Shown piece after piece: positions 13,740 through 27,164 of a DNA stretch of 64,000 nt (the first letter of the stretch is position 1; every line of letters begins with the position of its first letter). The notes beneath the pieces were generated by a model. The model did not search any database, was not told the DNA's origin, and worked only from the letters and a program-made list of their open reading frames with translations. The position numbers were made by a program, and so were the translations under genes. Origin of the DNA: Eledone cirrhosa (lineage: Eukaryota); contig OZ024741.1 in assembly GCA_964016885.1 (NCBI GenBank), positions 150,536,001 through 150,600,000 of the forward strand. Reading direction: 5' to 3'.

Positions 13740-13952
13740 TATAAGCACAAAATGTAGACACCAACCCGAAGCCGAGGTATTCCGTACTTCTCTGTACTGT
13801 TATTTATATATTCATGTACAGATATTTTCGCATACACAATAACAAAATATAAACAAACGTTTTTACTTCACGAGACTCGAGAAGGATAAATATATATCAA
13901 ATATATAAGAACCCTAGAGCAAATCCCGAGCAGCGCCGGGCCATTCTGCTAG
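13740..13952 (+). mobile_element. Helitron-like 3' end
   Basis: CCCGAGCAGCGCCGGG hairpin, short spacer, CTAG then T; same end at 59093-59120. Confidence 0.55.
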
Positions 13953-14074
13953 TTTAAACTAAAATTAGGGCTTTATTTAGTAAAATAAGGGATATAGAGG
14001 CATAGTAGTCATCGACTCGTATGCTTCGTTTTTTACATTTAATGTACTTTTGAATTTCATATTCATTTTCTTTT

Positions 14075-14201
14075 TGTTTCTGAAGATGAGATCATATCTT
14101 TGTTTAATTATATTATCATTTGCTCTTATCGATTACATAATCGATGATTTTCATCTGTATGAGCTGGATCCTGATATGATTTCTGAAACAATTGTAAGCC
14201 A
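14075..14201 (+). ncRNA. Type I hammerhead with about 75 nt stem II insertion, GUA
   Basis: CTGAAGA-T-GAGATCATATC..GATATGATTTC-T-GAAAC-AATT-GTA; 11 bp stem II; stem I imperfect. Confidence 0.7.
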
Positions 14202-14255
14202 TTAAATATATTTGTTCAAAAATTTGGAATTGTTTTCTCTAACATTTTATAACCC

Positions 14256-14331
<76 letters not shown>

Positions 14332-14346
14332 ATATATATATATATA

Positions 14347-15249
14347 TACTAACAAAATGAAAGATTTCATGTCTGAGAAAATCAGAAACATGCGCCATAC
14401 CACCTGTTGAAGAAGCTCAAAGATTCCAAGCATTTATTTAAAATTAATTTAAAAGTCGATTGACATATATATATATATATAAAATAAATATATCAAACAT
14501 TGACAGGGGATAATTTGTAAAGAGTGTAAACACACATAATTACGGAGACAGCATACTAAAATTTAACAAGAATTTTGAATATAGACACCTTGCAGTAATG
14601 ACTAGTCACTTTTGTATATATCCCATTAAAGAGATATATTTCTCCATTAATATGTGAAACAGATTTTAAATCCTGGATCGTTAGCAAAGGAAAGGATTTT
14701 AAACTATTTGAGCTTCTTCTACAAGTGGTATGGCGCATGTTTCTGATCTTTTCAGATATTGACATGTTTCATTTTCGTTAGTATCAGATACTCCTAAACA
14801 TATTGTTAGTTGAGCTTTTAAAGTTGAAAGACTTTGACTGATATTTCTAGCTGTTGATAAGCCTATTCACCTCGCCAGGATGACGCCGGGGCGTTGTGCA
14901 TTTTTCCAAACTTCATGTAGTTTTTCTCGTTATTCCTTGATTTGTCCTAAGGAGGTGGTTATAGATAGTTTCAAATCTTCTCCTTTGGTAACGATACACG
15001 ATTTAACATCTGTGATTCACCTATTAATGGTGAAATATATATCTTTAATGGGAGTTTGAATATAGATACCTTGAAGTAATGATTAATCTTCTTTGTATAT
15101 ATCTCTTTAATGGGATATATATAAAGGAGATTAATCATTACTGCAAGGTATCTATATTCAAAACTCTCGTTAAATTTTAATATGCTACCTCCGTGACTAT
15201 GTTTGTTTACACTCTTTACAAATTATCCCCTGTCAATGTTTGATATGTT

Positions 15250-15255
<6 letters not shown>
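14347..15255. mobile_element. Composite TA-flanked element with nested inversions
   Basis: 14347-14425 inverted vs 14705-14783; 14480-14630 inverted vs 15105-15255; 15045-15170 hairpin. Confidence 0.65.
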
Positions 15256-15331
<76 letters not shown>

Positions 15332-15382
15332 TTCGTCTGCGACTTCACAAAACTTATGTTTACCGAATTCGTAGACCAGACC

Positions 15383-15528
15383 TCTTCTTCTTCTTCTTCT
15401 TCTTCTTCTTCTTCTTCTTCTTCTTCTTCTTCTTCTTCTTCTTCTTCTTCTTCTTCTTCTTCTTCTTCTTCTTCTTCTTCTTCTTCTTCTTCTTCTTCTT
15501 CTTCTTCTTCTTCTTCTTCTTCTTCTTC
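15383..15528. repeat. (TTC)n microsatellite
   Basis: Direct reading. Confidence 0.95.
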
Positions 15529-15855
15529 CCCCGTCAGACCTGTGTGAAATTCCTTCCTTGCTCACATTTCAACCAGGTTTGATGGTCTTTTGTCTCTTGT
15601 TCACGATTTCACCGAGTTTATATTCATAGAGATCTGGGACTTGTCTATTTCTTCTCACTTTCCGTTGCTTAAACCATTTTGTTTGTTACCCTAACGTCCC
15701 CTTTATTTACGTGTCCCAACGACTTTTTTTAGCCGTTGTTCGCACCAACCTGAGGCATATGGCCCTTAAAGCGATGAAATGCCAGGGACGGTTGGAGGGT
15801 CACTGATGAAGGACTTACTTTTTCATATGCACCACCATTTGCAACGCGCAGCCAT

Positions 15856-15906
<51 letters not shown>

Positions 15907-15912
15907 GAAACG

Positions 15913-15952
<40 letters not shown>

Positions 15953-16038
15953 AACATATCAAACACTATATATATAAAATAAACATATTAGACATTATAT
16001 ATATATATATACATCCACAAACCCTCCATCTCAATTCT

Positions 16039-16076
16039 ATTTTTGAAAAGCACAAGAACTGCGAAACCGGTAAAGG
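16039..16076 (+). ncRNA. Hammerhead family J second copy, U3-A8, decayed stem I
   Basis: TTGAAAA-GCA-caagaac-TGC-GAAAC-CG-GTA-aagg. Confidence 0.65.
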
Positions 16077-16159
16077 AACCAAATAAATATTCTCAAAAAG
16101 ACTTCAGTTGCATTTTCGACTTATATTTTCACTCGGGTAGGACGTCTCGTTTTTTTTTC

Positions 16160-16199
<40 letters not shown>

Positions 16200-16202
<3 letters not shown>

Positions 16203-16421
16203 CGGAGGAAATGTGGTAAGGAACCAGGTGGACCATAACGCACCAAAGTACTCAATACTTAGGGTAGTAGAGTGGGTAATAGGAACGAAGTATTTAGCCG
16301 TCGAAACGGCTTGAGCTCAGCCGTCGGGGTCCTACTCGTTTCTATTGCCCACTCTGCTGCCCTAAGTATTGAGTGCTTTGGTGCGTTGTGGTCCACCTGG
16401 TTCCTTGCCACATTTCCTCCG

Positions 16422-16469
<48 letters not shown>

Positions 16470-16514
16470 GTGTATATATATGTATATATGTATATATATA
16501 TATGTATATATATG

Positions 16515-16568
<54 letters not shown>

Positions 16569-16963
16569 TATATATATGTATATATGTATGTATATATATG
16601 TATATGTGTATATGTGTATATGTGTGTATGTATATATATATATGTATATATGTATATATGTGTATGTGTATGTATATATATATATGTATATGTATATATA
16701 TATATGTATATATATGTATGTGTATATATATGTATATATGTATGTGTATGTATATATATATGTATATATGTATGTATATGTATGTACATGTATATATATA
16801 TATTTAACGAAGGAAATGTGGTACGGAACCAGGTGGACCATAACGCACCAAAGTACTCAATACTTGAGGTAGTAGAGTGGGTAATAGGAACCAGTAAGAC
16901 CCCCACAGCTGAGCTCAAGCCGTTTCGACGGCTGAGCTCAGCTGTCGGGGTCTTACTCGTTCC

Positions 16964-16965
<2 letters not shown>
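16200..16965. mobile_element. Two fold-back copies of family K separated by TA/TG microsatellite
   Basis: 16200-16290 inverted vs 16338-16425; 16805-16965 folds back near 16930; 3' half HHR GAAAC-GGC..GCC-GTC. Confidence 0.8.
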
Positions 16966-16996
<31 letters not shown>

Positions 16997-17237
16997 GTGT
17001 ATATATATGTATATATATATGTATATATATGTGTGTGTATATATATATATATATGTGTATATGTGTATATATGTATATGTGTATGTATATATATATATGT
17101 ATATATATGCAAAGTTTTATTTAAATTGTTGGGTTACAACGAGTAAATATTTATAACTGATATAAAAGCACTCAACAAGTATTTGGAGTATATTTACGAT
17201 ATTAAATAAATGGAAACTATATTTATAAAACCATATC

Positions 17238-17303
17238 TATTTCATTATATATATTTCAGGGATATCATATTAAAAATATGTTATGCCTTCTTCAGACAAA
17301 ATA
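17238..17303 (-). ncRNA. Type I hammerhead family D, AUA triplet
   Basis: tattttgt-CTGAAGA-AGGCATAACATATT-ttt-AATATGATATCCCT-GAAA-TATATA-TA-atgaaata. Confidence 0.75.
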
Positions 17304-17423
17304 CAATATAAACAGTCTTATAAATAGATAGATTTGACATACCTTTCAACTTCAACTTCCATTTAAAAAGTTGATTTTGTATATATATATATATGTATGT
17401 ATATATATATGTGTGTATATATG

Positions 17424-17762
<339 letters not shown>

Positions 17763-17906
17763 TATATATATATATATATCAATAATACTAATAAATGGAA
17801 ACTATCTTTATAAAACCATATTTATTTTATTATATATATTTTAAGGGTACGCTCTCATCAGATAAAATACAAAAGTTGTTTTACAGATAGTGACATATCT
17901 GATATG

Positions 17907-17967
17907 TATTTTATCTGATGAATGCATGCCAAAATTTTGGTACCCTTGAAATATATATAATAAAATA
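17907..17967 (+). ncRNA. Hammerhead family D, AUA, in inverted pair 17780-17870/17906-18010
   Basis: tattttat-CTGATGA-stem II-GAAA-TATATA-TA-ataaaata; 8 bp stem I. Confidence 0.7.
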
Positions 17968-18073
17968 AATATGGTTTTATAAAGATAGTTTCCATTTATT
18001 AATATTATTGATATTATACTCCAGAAGAAACCTGTAGAGTACTTCGAATACAGTGCTTGATATTATTATTATT

Positions 18074-18260
18074 GTGGATTGGCAGTATCGGTAGAGGGTC
18101 GGACGTCATGCTTTGACGCATAGAATTACGGCCCTTTCCATTCTGAGTTCAAATCCCGCCGAGGTCAACTTTGCCTTTCATCCTTACGGGGTCGATAAAA
18201 TAAAATACCAGTAATGTACTGGGTAATTGCTGGCCTTGTGCCAAAAGTAGAAACAATTAT
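18074..18260 (+). mobile_element. tRNA-derived SINE
   Basis: Same family as 2222. Confidence 0.9.
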
Positions 18261-18280
18261 ATATATATATATATATATAT

Positions 18281-18978
18281 ATACATGAATGTATCCACAT
18301 CCATCCGTAGTCGAGGAATCTAGGAGCAGTTTGGGTATGATACATCTTATTACTAATTATATCTAAATGTTTCTTCTCTCTTCATAATGTACTTTTAGCT
18401 CTGATACTGGTTCAGTCTAATCCAACCGGATTGGTCTGTCCCAGTTATTCATAGAGCAACATCGGTTAAGGTTGGCACCATTAACTCGAGGATGGATGTG
18501 GATACATTCATGTATATGTGTGTGTCCGTATGTATCTGTGTGTTTCTAAATATATTGTTCATAGCTCCCTCTGGTCGAGCAATCTTTGAAGTGTGGTGAC
18601 TGCTGGAAAGCTGCCATTACTCATACTTCTCGCCCCCTTCACCACCTCTTCTACGGCTTCGATATAAATACCCCCTCCGCCTCCGTGGTATTTTTTTCGG
18701 GGTTATAAGAGGCTTAGCTCTGTTTCTTGACCGTTGTATCACGTGACTATCCCCCCTCCGCCTTTTGGGATTCTTTCTCACACATATAGACGCGTTCTTG
18801 AAGCTAGTAAAACGAGGTATCCTCTTGATAAGTCGGCAGACCTCGCAAAAGCTCTATATCTTTATGATGTATTGTTCTTGTTTATGCCACGAAACTACGT
18901 AGTCGAGGAATCTAGGAGCAGTTTGGGTATGATACATTTTATTACTAATTATATCTAAATGTTTCTTCTCTCTTCATA

Positions 18979-18980
<2 letters not shown>
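18281..18980 (+). mobile_element. Retrozyme-like element, 592 bp unit with terminal direct repeat and 5' inverted piece
   Basis: 18306-18388 repeats at 18898-18980; 18281-18306 is the reverse complement of 18490-18515; TA flanks. Confidence 0.8.
18820..18909 (+). ncRNA. Type I hammerhead, U3-A8 core, extended stem II, GUC
   Basis: tcctc-TTGATAA-GT(C)GGCA..TGCCAC-GAAAC-TACGTA-GTC-gagga. Confidence 0.75.
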
Positions 18981-19027
<47 letters not shown>

Positions 19028-19062
19028 ATATCAACGAAGTCTTTAACGCATTGTTTATATAT

Positions 19063-19121
<59 letters not shown>

Positions 19122-19126
<5 letters not shown>

Positions 19127-19467
19127 GGAAAAAATGAAACGATATATCATTTCCCACTCTTAGTAGGGCTGTTACTTAAATATACGTATGTACACGTACA
19201 TTCATATATGTATACAGACGTACAGTAGTATGTATATATATATACATACATGGACACATATATATATGCACGTATGGATTCACCGAATATTTATTATAAT
19301 GCTCGGTGTGTTTGTAAACAAACATCCCGTATTAAGCCGTAGTGTCTAGCAACCATCGTTGCTCGTTTGTTCAACACTGACAAAGGAACGCTGTACTAGT
19401 TTCAAGCTTGTTAGCTATCGTCAGCAACCTTCCTAGCAGGAAGGTATACGTTGCTGACGATAGCTAA
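19122..19467 (-). mobile_element. Retrozyme-like subfamily C copy with fold-back at the HHR
   Basis: Matches 9035-9280 and 8700-8920; inverted HHR 5' half at 19436-19467. Confidence 0.8.
19389..19428 (-). ncRNA. Minimal hammerhead, GUA, intact core
   Basis: gttg-CTGACGA-T-AGCT-aaca-AGCT-T-GAAAC-TA-GTA-cagc. Confidence 0.8.
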
Positions 19468-19658
19468 GGGCGATGGATTGGCAGTATCGGTAGAGAGTCG
19501 GACGCCATGCTTTGAAGCATAGAGTTACGTCCCTTTATGATCTGAGTTCAAATCCCGCCGAGGTTAACTTTGCCTTTCATCCTTACGGGGTCGATAAAAT
19601 AAAGTACCAGTAATGTACTGGGTAATTGCTGGCCTTGTGCCTAAAATAGAAACAATTA
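19468..19658 (+). mobile_element. tRNA-derived SINE
   Basis: Same family as 2222. Confidence 0.9.
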
Positions 19659-19809
19659 TATATATGTACACGTTTTGCCCCTATTCTGTTTACAAATGGA
19701 ATTCTATAACACACACTAACACATATAAACACACAGAGACATATATATGTATATATACACACGCACGCAAACAACATACACATACATAAATACATATGCA
19801 CGTATATAT

Positions 19810-20105
19810 GGGAATGCTTAGGGGTTATATTATTGAATTCTATTCTTGATAGTGCATTATACTCTTGAATTAGATATTTTACTTCACGTTGCTCGAGGCC
19901 ACTCTATAGGTAAAAAATGAGTTCTACCTGTAATTGAAAATGGCAGCCGTGTCACACACTATGTCAGATAGAATCTCTGTGAGAAATATGTTAAGGTTAC
20001 ACATTTTTGTGGAATTCTAAGCTACTTGCACGTAAATGTCACGAGCTGGCTGTTTCCTTGTTGGAATGACAGCAACACTCATCGTGATAACCGACGGAGG
20101 TTCAA
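19810..20105 (+). mobile_element. Old SINE-like repeat, second family
   Basis: 3' part resembles minus-strand segments at 22600-22670, 37410-37560 and 45950-46030; heads at 3910-3995 and 38310-38460. Confidence 0.5.
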
Positions 20106-20194
20106 ATACACACATATGTGTACATATGTATATGCGTGTAAGCGCATATACATATGTATATATATATGAAAAGTGTAATTTACTACACAAAACG

Positions 20195-20693
20195 AAGGTT
20201 ATAGAGAAAATTGAGGTTGGTAATGGCACATGGAATATATAAGAGACAGAATACTTTTTTGTGAAAAAACATATAATTTTATAAGGTAAGGAAATAATAA
20301 AGGGTATAAAAAATGACCGGTTTCGATGGGTCTGCAAAAGCCATCTTTTCAAATGTTGATTAATATTAAGAAAAATTAATAATAAGAAGAGTTAAAATTT
20401 GAGATTTGAAAATTCAAGTATAGAATTCATTGTGGGATTTCATAGTAGTTTTCATCTTGGTAGCAGCTCGTTGACTGCTTCTGGTAGTGAATGAGAAGTT
20501 ATTTGGGGTGTGGGTTATTTTATAAAGGTCAAATTTAGCAATGGCAGCTGGCCATTGCTAAATTTGACCTTTATAAAATAACCCAATGGCATCTGGCCAT
20601 TGCTAAATTTGACCTTACCTTATAAAACTATATGTTTTTTCACAAAAAAGTATTCTGTCTCTTATATATTCCATGTGCCATTACCAACCTCAA

Positions 20694-20700
<7 letters not shown>
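20195..20700. mobile_element. Short element family M with inverted ends and internal palindrome
   Basis: 20201-20291 inverted vs 20613-20700; palindrome 20511-20585. Confidence 0.75.
20310..20357 (-). ncRNA. Minimal hammerhead, U3-A8 core, GUC
   Basis: aacat-TTGAAAA-GATGG-11nt-CCATC-GAAAC-CG-GTC-atttt (one stem I mismatch). Confidence 0.75.
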
Positions 20701-20748
<48 letters not shown>

Positions 20749-20787
20749 AGCACGCACACACGCACGCACACACACACACACATACAA

Positions 20788-20824
<37 letters not shown>

Positions 20825-20825
20825 A

Positions 20826-20948
<123 letters not shown>

Positions 20949-22807
20949 TATATATACAACAATTATAGCATGTAATTCATTTTAGTCATTGAAGAATTAT
21001 AAGAAGTCTTTACACTATATTCATCATTTATATCCTGGTGTCAGTTGTCGTCGAAGCAATTCTTGATAGAGTAAACATGTAAAACATTTGCTTTCTACAG
21101 ATCCTTTTGGGGTCGTACAGACTCTTACTCTCTCACTCTTTCACTCTATCTCGTGGACTCGCCCTTAACCAAGACATTGAAGTTTTCTTGATAAATACAA
21201 TTTAATTCTACTTTTACAAGCAAACAAATAACGTACATAGCTCTTGCTTACTTTTCGTATAGCAACAAATTAATAATATAGCGGTTTGGTGTCATCATGG
21301 TTCATTTATATATATTCATTTTCTGCGTGATCTAGGGACTATCATATCATCATCATCTTATTGAACACTTACTTACCTGCACACATGCAACCTCTGGTTA
21401 CACTGTATCACACAACAATGACCACACGACACAGCAAGCTTCAAGTGAGCACGCACGCAACAAACGAATCATCACCTCACCATAATCCACTACCAGCATC
21501 GACCAACAAATAATCACTATAGTTTGTCTTTCAGGCCTATGTTTCTATATGGTTGTCACTTAATGATATTAAATAAATTATCTCGCTCTAATCTGCGTGT
21601 ACAGCTTTCAGCAGATGATGATTGTAGCAGTTTATACCTACATGTACCAGTATATGTCATACAACAACTTTAGGATAAATAAATAAACAGACAGAAAGAT
21701 AGAAACACGCGCACATATACTTACACAAACACACACACACACATATACACACACAAACACACACGCGCACACACACACACACACACATTCATATACACAT
21801 ATACACACACACAAATATATACAACAATTACAGCATATTGTTCATTTTAGCCATTCAAAACTTACAAAAACTCTTTTCTTTACGCTAGATATACGCACAC
21901 GCACACATACATGCACACACACACACACACAAACACACACACATACTCATACACACACACATACGCACACACATGCACACATGTAACTAAAGATAGAAAC
22001 ATGCGCACATACACTTACACAAACACGCACACACACACATATTTATATAGCCCAAATCTCGATTTGGGAAGATATAAGCTAGATAAACTAAAATAAGTCA
22101 GTTTCACTCCTATAAGGTCCCCGACTGAAGTTTCTGGAATTAAGAAATAATAGTAATTATCTTAATAAATTAAGACAACCAATATTGGAAGAATATTCCG
22201 CATTGAAAGGGGAAATTCTTTGGAGTGAATAGATAACATACCGACCACTGAAGCAGCATGGTGCTTTCAACACATGTGTCATTAGGCTGCTAAATGAACA
22301 CCCCCCCCCCACACACACACACATACACACAAAGTCTTGCGTGATTAAATTATGGACGTCAAATGAAACCTTACCAAATAGACATTTCAATCTTCCCCGT
22401 CCAGACAATATCTTTATAATTGAACTAAAACCATTAACATTATTTTCATAAAAGAGCTTCTCGGTTGGGGATGTGTTGAGGCCACATGTACTTGGTTAAC
22501 CAAATTAGAAAGGCCCTATGAAAGGCAATATTAAACAAGAAAGAACTCAATGATACCTTCAAAACTCCTATACATTAGTTGTGTTGTGTGCTGGTCTCAC
22601 ATCGGTTACGACGATGTGTATTCCAGTTGATACAATTACCAAAGCAGCCTGCTCGTGATTTAAGCTTACACAGTGAGTGTAATGCCGACCGTTTGAATTG
22701 AAGGTACAACTTTATGATCTCAAGCAGTTGAACTGACAGAGGTGAAAATGGAAGAGAAAGGAATAGAGAAAGGAAACAGGAGAATATGTGTGTGTGTGTG
22801 TGAGAGA

Positions 22808-22846
<39 letters not shown>

Positions 22847-22865
22847 GGAGAGAGAGAGAGAGAGA

Positions 22866-22931
<66 letters not shown>

Positions 22932-22965
22932 TGTCAACTATATGTTTTCGCCTATATTGAGTTAC

Positions 22966-23029
22966 GGTAAGCGAGCACTGTCTTGATAACGACCAGAGTC
23001 AGAAACGATGATCGTCGTCAACAGTTACC
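22966..23029 (+). ncRNA. Type I hammerhead, U3-A8 core, GUC
   Basis: TTGATAA-C-GAC-caga-GTC-A-GAAAC-GATGATC-GTC; imperfect stem I with actg/cagt and ggtaa/ttacc extensions. Confidence 0.65.
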
Positions 23030-23180
23030 CACTCTTGCTTCCGATAGATGGCGCTACGTCATCAGTTTCCAAAATTCATAGCTGAAGGCTTTCAAATGTT
23101 TATTCCTAAACATATCATACATCGCTAGATATACAAAATACTCATACTTATATGTATACAGCTATGTTAGATCGAACAGC

Positions 23181-23274
<94 letters not shown>

Positions 23275-23411
23275 ATACTTTGGGAGGGTCATGTTGCCAA
23301 TAAGAAACACACGCACCAGTGCTTTCACTTCAATTTATTATAATAAATTTATAAATTTATAAATTTCTGGTTGGTTGGTTGGTTCCCCAACCAGATAGTT
23401 GTTTATATATT

Positions 23412-23454
23412 GTCATAGTTCTTTCGTCACACACTCTGTGACCTCTTCAGTGAC
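23412..23454 (-). ncRNA. PLE pLTR minimal hammerhead, CUA triplet, extra nucleotide after A9
   Basis: gtca-CTGAAGA-G-GTCAC-agagtgt-GTGAC-GAAA-GAA-CTA-tgac. Confidence 0.75.
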
Positions 23455-23655
23455 TGGGGATTCCTTTCTTTGTTTCTGTGCCTCTCCTTTGTTCTGTCCT
23501 ACGTCATTTTGTTTCTGTGTGTGTGTTGTGTGCTCAGTCTGCGCATGCGCCACATCCGGGTGTCTGTGTGTGTTTATGTTCATTTATTTATTTGTTTATT
23601 TACATGTTACTGGTTGGTTGTTTGTTCTATGTGTGTGTGTGTTTTCATTTTGTCC

Positions 23656-26040
23656 TTAATTGTAAGTTGTGATGTTGCTGTTCCACTCATATTTTCTATT
23701 TAATTTTGGTTGTAATTCTTTTATGTTTATTGCCTCTGTAATTTGTCTAAACATTGCGTCTTTTCTGTGTGTAGATTCTATTTTTATTTCTATGTTCTCT
23801 AATTTACCCTTGTGTTCTATTTTAGCATGTTGGTAGAGTACAGATGATTCTTTACTATCTTGAAGGTCTCGCCAGTGTTCATTTATCCGTTCCCCTACAC
23901 TACGAGCTGTCTCACCTATGTACACTATATTTTTGTCTCTACATTGTCCTTCGGTACATCTTATGCTATACACTACATTTCTAGTTTTACAGTTAATATG
24001 GGGGCTTATTTTACAGGTTATACATTTCTTATCTATACATGAGGGTCTTTGAAAAGGGTATGTCTTGCTAATGAGTGTTTTTACGGAGGTACTTGGTCTT
24101 TCTACTATCTTAATATTGAGTTTATGTTTATCTAGGGCCCTTCTAAATTTGTAAGCTAATTCACCTCTAGGGGTTGTATCGATGAACATTACACTCTGGT
24201 ATTTATTGCTATCATACCATGAGTTTATTCTATTAGCCTTGTTCCTAGTTCTTTCTATTCTATTCCAAAATTTGGTCCTATACAAGGGGCAGGTCCCATT
24301 TGTGTCATTATTTACCATTTTTTCCCATTTGGTTCTGGCTCCTCTACACACTCTGATTTTATCTCTCTGATTGTAGCCAGAGAACTACATACGGTGGATG
24401 AAGTGTTGTATGTGTCTCTCTAGTTCTTCGGGGTTGCACATGTGGGACACGTTTCTCATCACCCGTACCAAATCCGCAATCAGTATGTTGATTTTGGTAT
24501 GGTCCGAAACGGCCGAGTTTCGGTGGATCAGATGTTTGGAAGTCATGGGTTTGGTATAATGGGAATGGAGGATTTGTTTTTTATTATTAAAGGTATCTAA
24601 CCAGAGCTCTGTGTCTAGTACAGGTAATCGATGGTTGGGGTGTTTTCTTGGGTAGTCTATAGTAACTCTAATGCTCTGGTGGATGGAGTTTGCTATTTGC
24701 TGGATGCTTTCCATTGTGTTTTTCTCTAGTTCCTGACTGTTCTCTAGAGGGGGTGTCTTAACTACGATGTTTATATCATCAACGTAGCGGGAGTACATTA
24801 TCAGGGTTAAGGGGGTTTCTAATTGTTCTTTAAGTTTAAGTTTAAGTCTACTGTCCCACCATACCATGAATAAGTTAGCTATGTCGCCTGCAATGCTAAC
24901 ACCAATGGCTGCTCCTTCCTCTTGGGCATATGTTTTTCCATTAAATTTGAACATATGTTCCTTAAGGGTTAGTTTTATGCTGGCCCCTACCGCATGTGCA
25001 ATCATTTTCTTCAGTTCATCGCGGTTTTCGGGTGTCCGTATAGCTCTGGTCCACCCGTTCCATCTATCTCTGTGGGTTTTCTTGGCCATTGAGGTAATGG
25101 TAGGTGGTCTGCCTCTTGCTGGTCTTGTAGGGCACAGGTTGCTAAGGTCATATGTGTCTAGGTAATTATTACTATAGGTAAGTTTAAGTAGGAGTCCCAG
25201 CTCACTGGTATCAATCCCATGGAACTCAACATTGCTCTCACTGATCATTTCTACGCATTTCTCCACAGCAAAATCCACGTCAATAGATGGATACAGGGAC
25301 ACAACATCCATACTACCTATTATGCAGTTTGTTAGGTCCCTAGATCGGTTACTCACGCCGATTCTGCTGAGGAGGTCCTCCGTGCTGTCACATACATCTG
25401 GGGACATTTCAATGATGGGGCGTATGATCAGGGAGAGGAGGTAGGACAGTCTGTAGTTACTAGCAATGTTAGCTCCACAGACTGGCCGTGTTGGTGGTCC
25501 CGCGACAGGGTCACTGCCCGTTTTATGGTCTTTTCGAAGCCCATACGACGCCGGCACGTCATTGTTCCAGGCCTGGAAGTTGTTGGCAGTCCTTTTGTTG
25601 GGCTGCATCATATTCGTCCACATCACCATATGGGCATTGAGGGCTTTTTCTCTATCCTAATGCTCCTGTGGTGTTACCTCTCTTGTGTTAGTGATGTGGG
25701 GTTGCATTGCCTGGATGTAGTTTGGCAGGCTGTCAACCGACATTCTGCCAGACTTGTCTGTTGGAAAGCATGCTATCTCTCCATTACGCGAGCGCTGCAT
25801 GAGCTTACGCAAGCCATTTGCAGATTTTTCTCCCAGTTGCTGGGCCTCCATTCTATTATGCTTCTTGCTATACTGTTCTATAATATTTCTAAGTTCGGAT
25901 CTAGCTATACTAAATTGTGCTTCTGTTTGTTCATCGACCTGCGACGGCAATTGCGTGCGTTTGTTAAATGGTAAAGTCGTGGCGTGGACTCGTCGCAGGT
26001 CGAACGATTTATCGGAGGGATTATAAAACGTATAGCAGCT
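23656..26040 (-). pseudogene. PLE RT/GIY-YIG polyprotein, single frame with two premature TAG stops
   Basis: Three track ORFs share one frame; PTDKSG, SMDVVSLYPSI, QEEGAAIG, RYVDD, LPVLD, CxxxxCxxC linker, VVY..C..C..YIGET..R..EH..H..H. Confidence 0.93.
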
Positions 26041-26145
26041 GGTGCGTGTGTTTCTTATTAGCAACATGACACTCCCAAAGTATAACAATATCGGTTTCAA
26101 CACACGTTTTCAGATAAAGAATCTTGCTAAACAAATTCAGAAACG

Positions 26146-26180
<35 letters not shown>

Positions 26181-26355
26181 TAAACGGAATAGAAAATGCT
26201 GACAAATTGTTCACAGTGAAAAATAGTTTAATTAGGAATAAGTGATAATTAATAATAGTATTGGTTAGTATTAAGTTTTGGTTTTAAGTTTTACCGGTTG
26301 GGCATTTCTAATGCTTTCCAAAAATAATTTTGAGATAGAGCGTCCGTGATGTTTG

Positions 26356-26417
<62 letters not shown>

Positions 26418-26422
<5 letters not shown>

Positions 26423-27118
26423 ATAAATTAACGGAGCCATAGACTCTCGCTATTCCCTGTCAGTAATGTGCTCAAAGGAGAAAGAATCCCGAGCCCTTTA
26501 TAATACAATATGTAGAAAAGATAACACACCAGAGAGAGAGAGATAGTGCGCCATCAGTCAAACAGGGAAAAACCACCAGTGTATGGAATCTATAGCCTAT
26601 GGAAGGCAGAGTAGACACAATAATGAAAAGTATAAATTAAAGTGTAAATAACATACCTCGATAACTATCTAACACACACGTACAAATCCCAAAAGATCTG
26701 TTTCGCCAAATAGGTTGTTGACAGAAATGATTAGCCCATGGTTCATCAGCGTGTGTAAGGCTATACATTTCAAACAACACTAAAATAATCTAAAGCGACC
26801 GTCCAGCCACACGTGGGAGAGAGAATTCACAGCGTGCCTAGGGGAGTAACCAGTGGCCTCTGAGGGACGAGCTGCTAGAAAGGGCAGCCCAAACCACCCA
26901 GAGAAGTGTGCTCAACCAAACAGCGAGAGAGGAAAGACCGTTATAAAGAGCGAAATATCACAATAAATTAACGGAGCCATAGACTCTCGCTATTCCCTGT
27001 CAGTAATGTGCTCAAAGGAGAAGGAATCCCGAGCCCGTTATAATACAATATGTAGAAAAGATAACACACCAGAGAGAGAGAGAGATAGTGCACCATCAGC
27101 CAAACAGGGAAAAAACCA
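26418..27118 (-). mobile_element. Retrozyme-like element, 540 bp unit with about 160 bp terminal direct repeat
   Basis: 26418-26578 repeats at 26958-27118; TA flanks; internal HHR. Confidence 0.85.
26674..26756 (-). ncRNA. Type I hammerhead with stable stem III, GUA
   Basis: acacacg-CTGATGA-ACCATGGG..CCTATTTGGC-GAAAC-AGATCT-tttg-GGATTT-GTA-cgtgtgt. Confidence 0.85.
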
Positions 27119-27164
27119 TATATATATATATTTGTATATATATATACACAGATCTTATAGCATT

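Larger units (their letters stand above)
23268..26149 (-). mobile_element. Penelope-like retroelement PLE-1 (C-terminal EN+), 5'-truncated with inverted pLTR piece, in (TA)n
   Basis: RT plus GIY-YIG ORF; HHR in 3' region; 23268-23319 inverted vs 26039-26091; TA tracts on both sides. Confidence 0.92.

Noticed and set aside
15008-15052. CTGTGA..CACC/GGTGAAA-TATATA-TC
   Set aside because: Core incomplete and stem I unpaired
23268-26149. Terminal inverted repeats of a DNA transposon
   Set aside because: Explained by an inverted pLTR fragment of an RT element; no transposase
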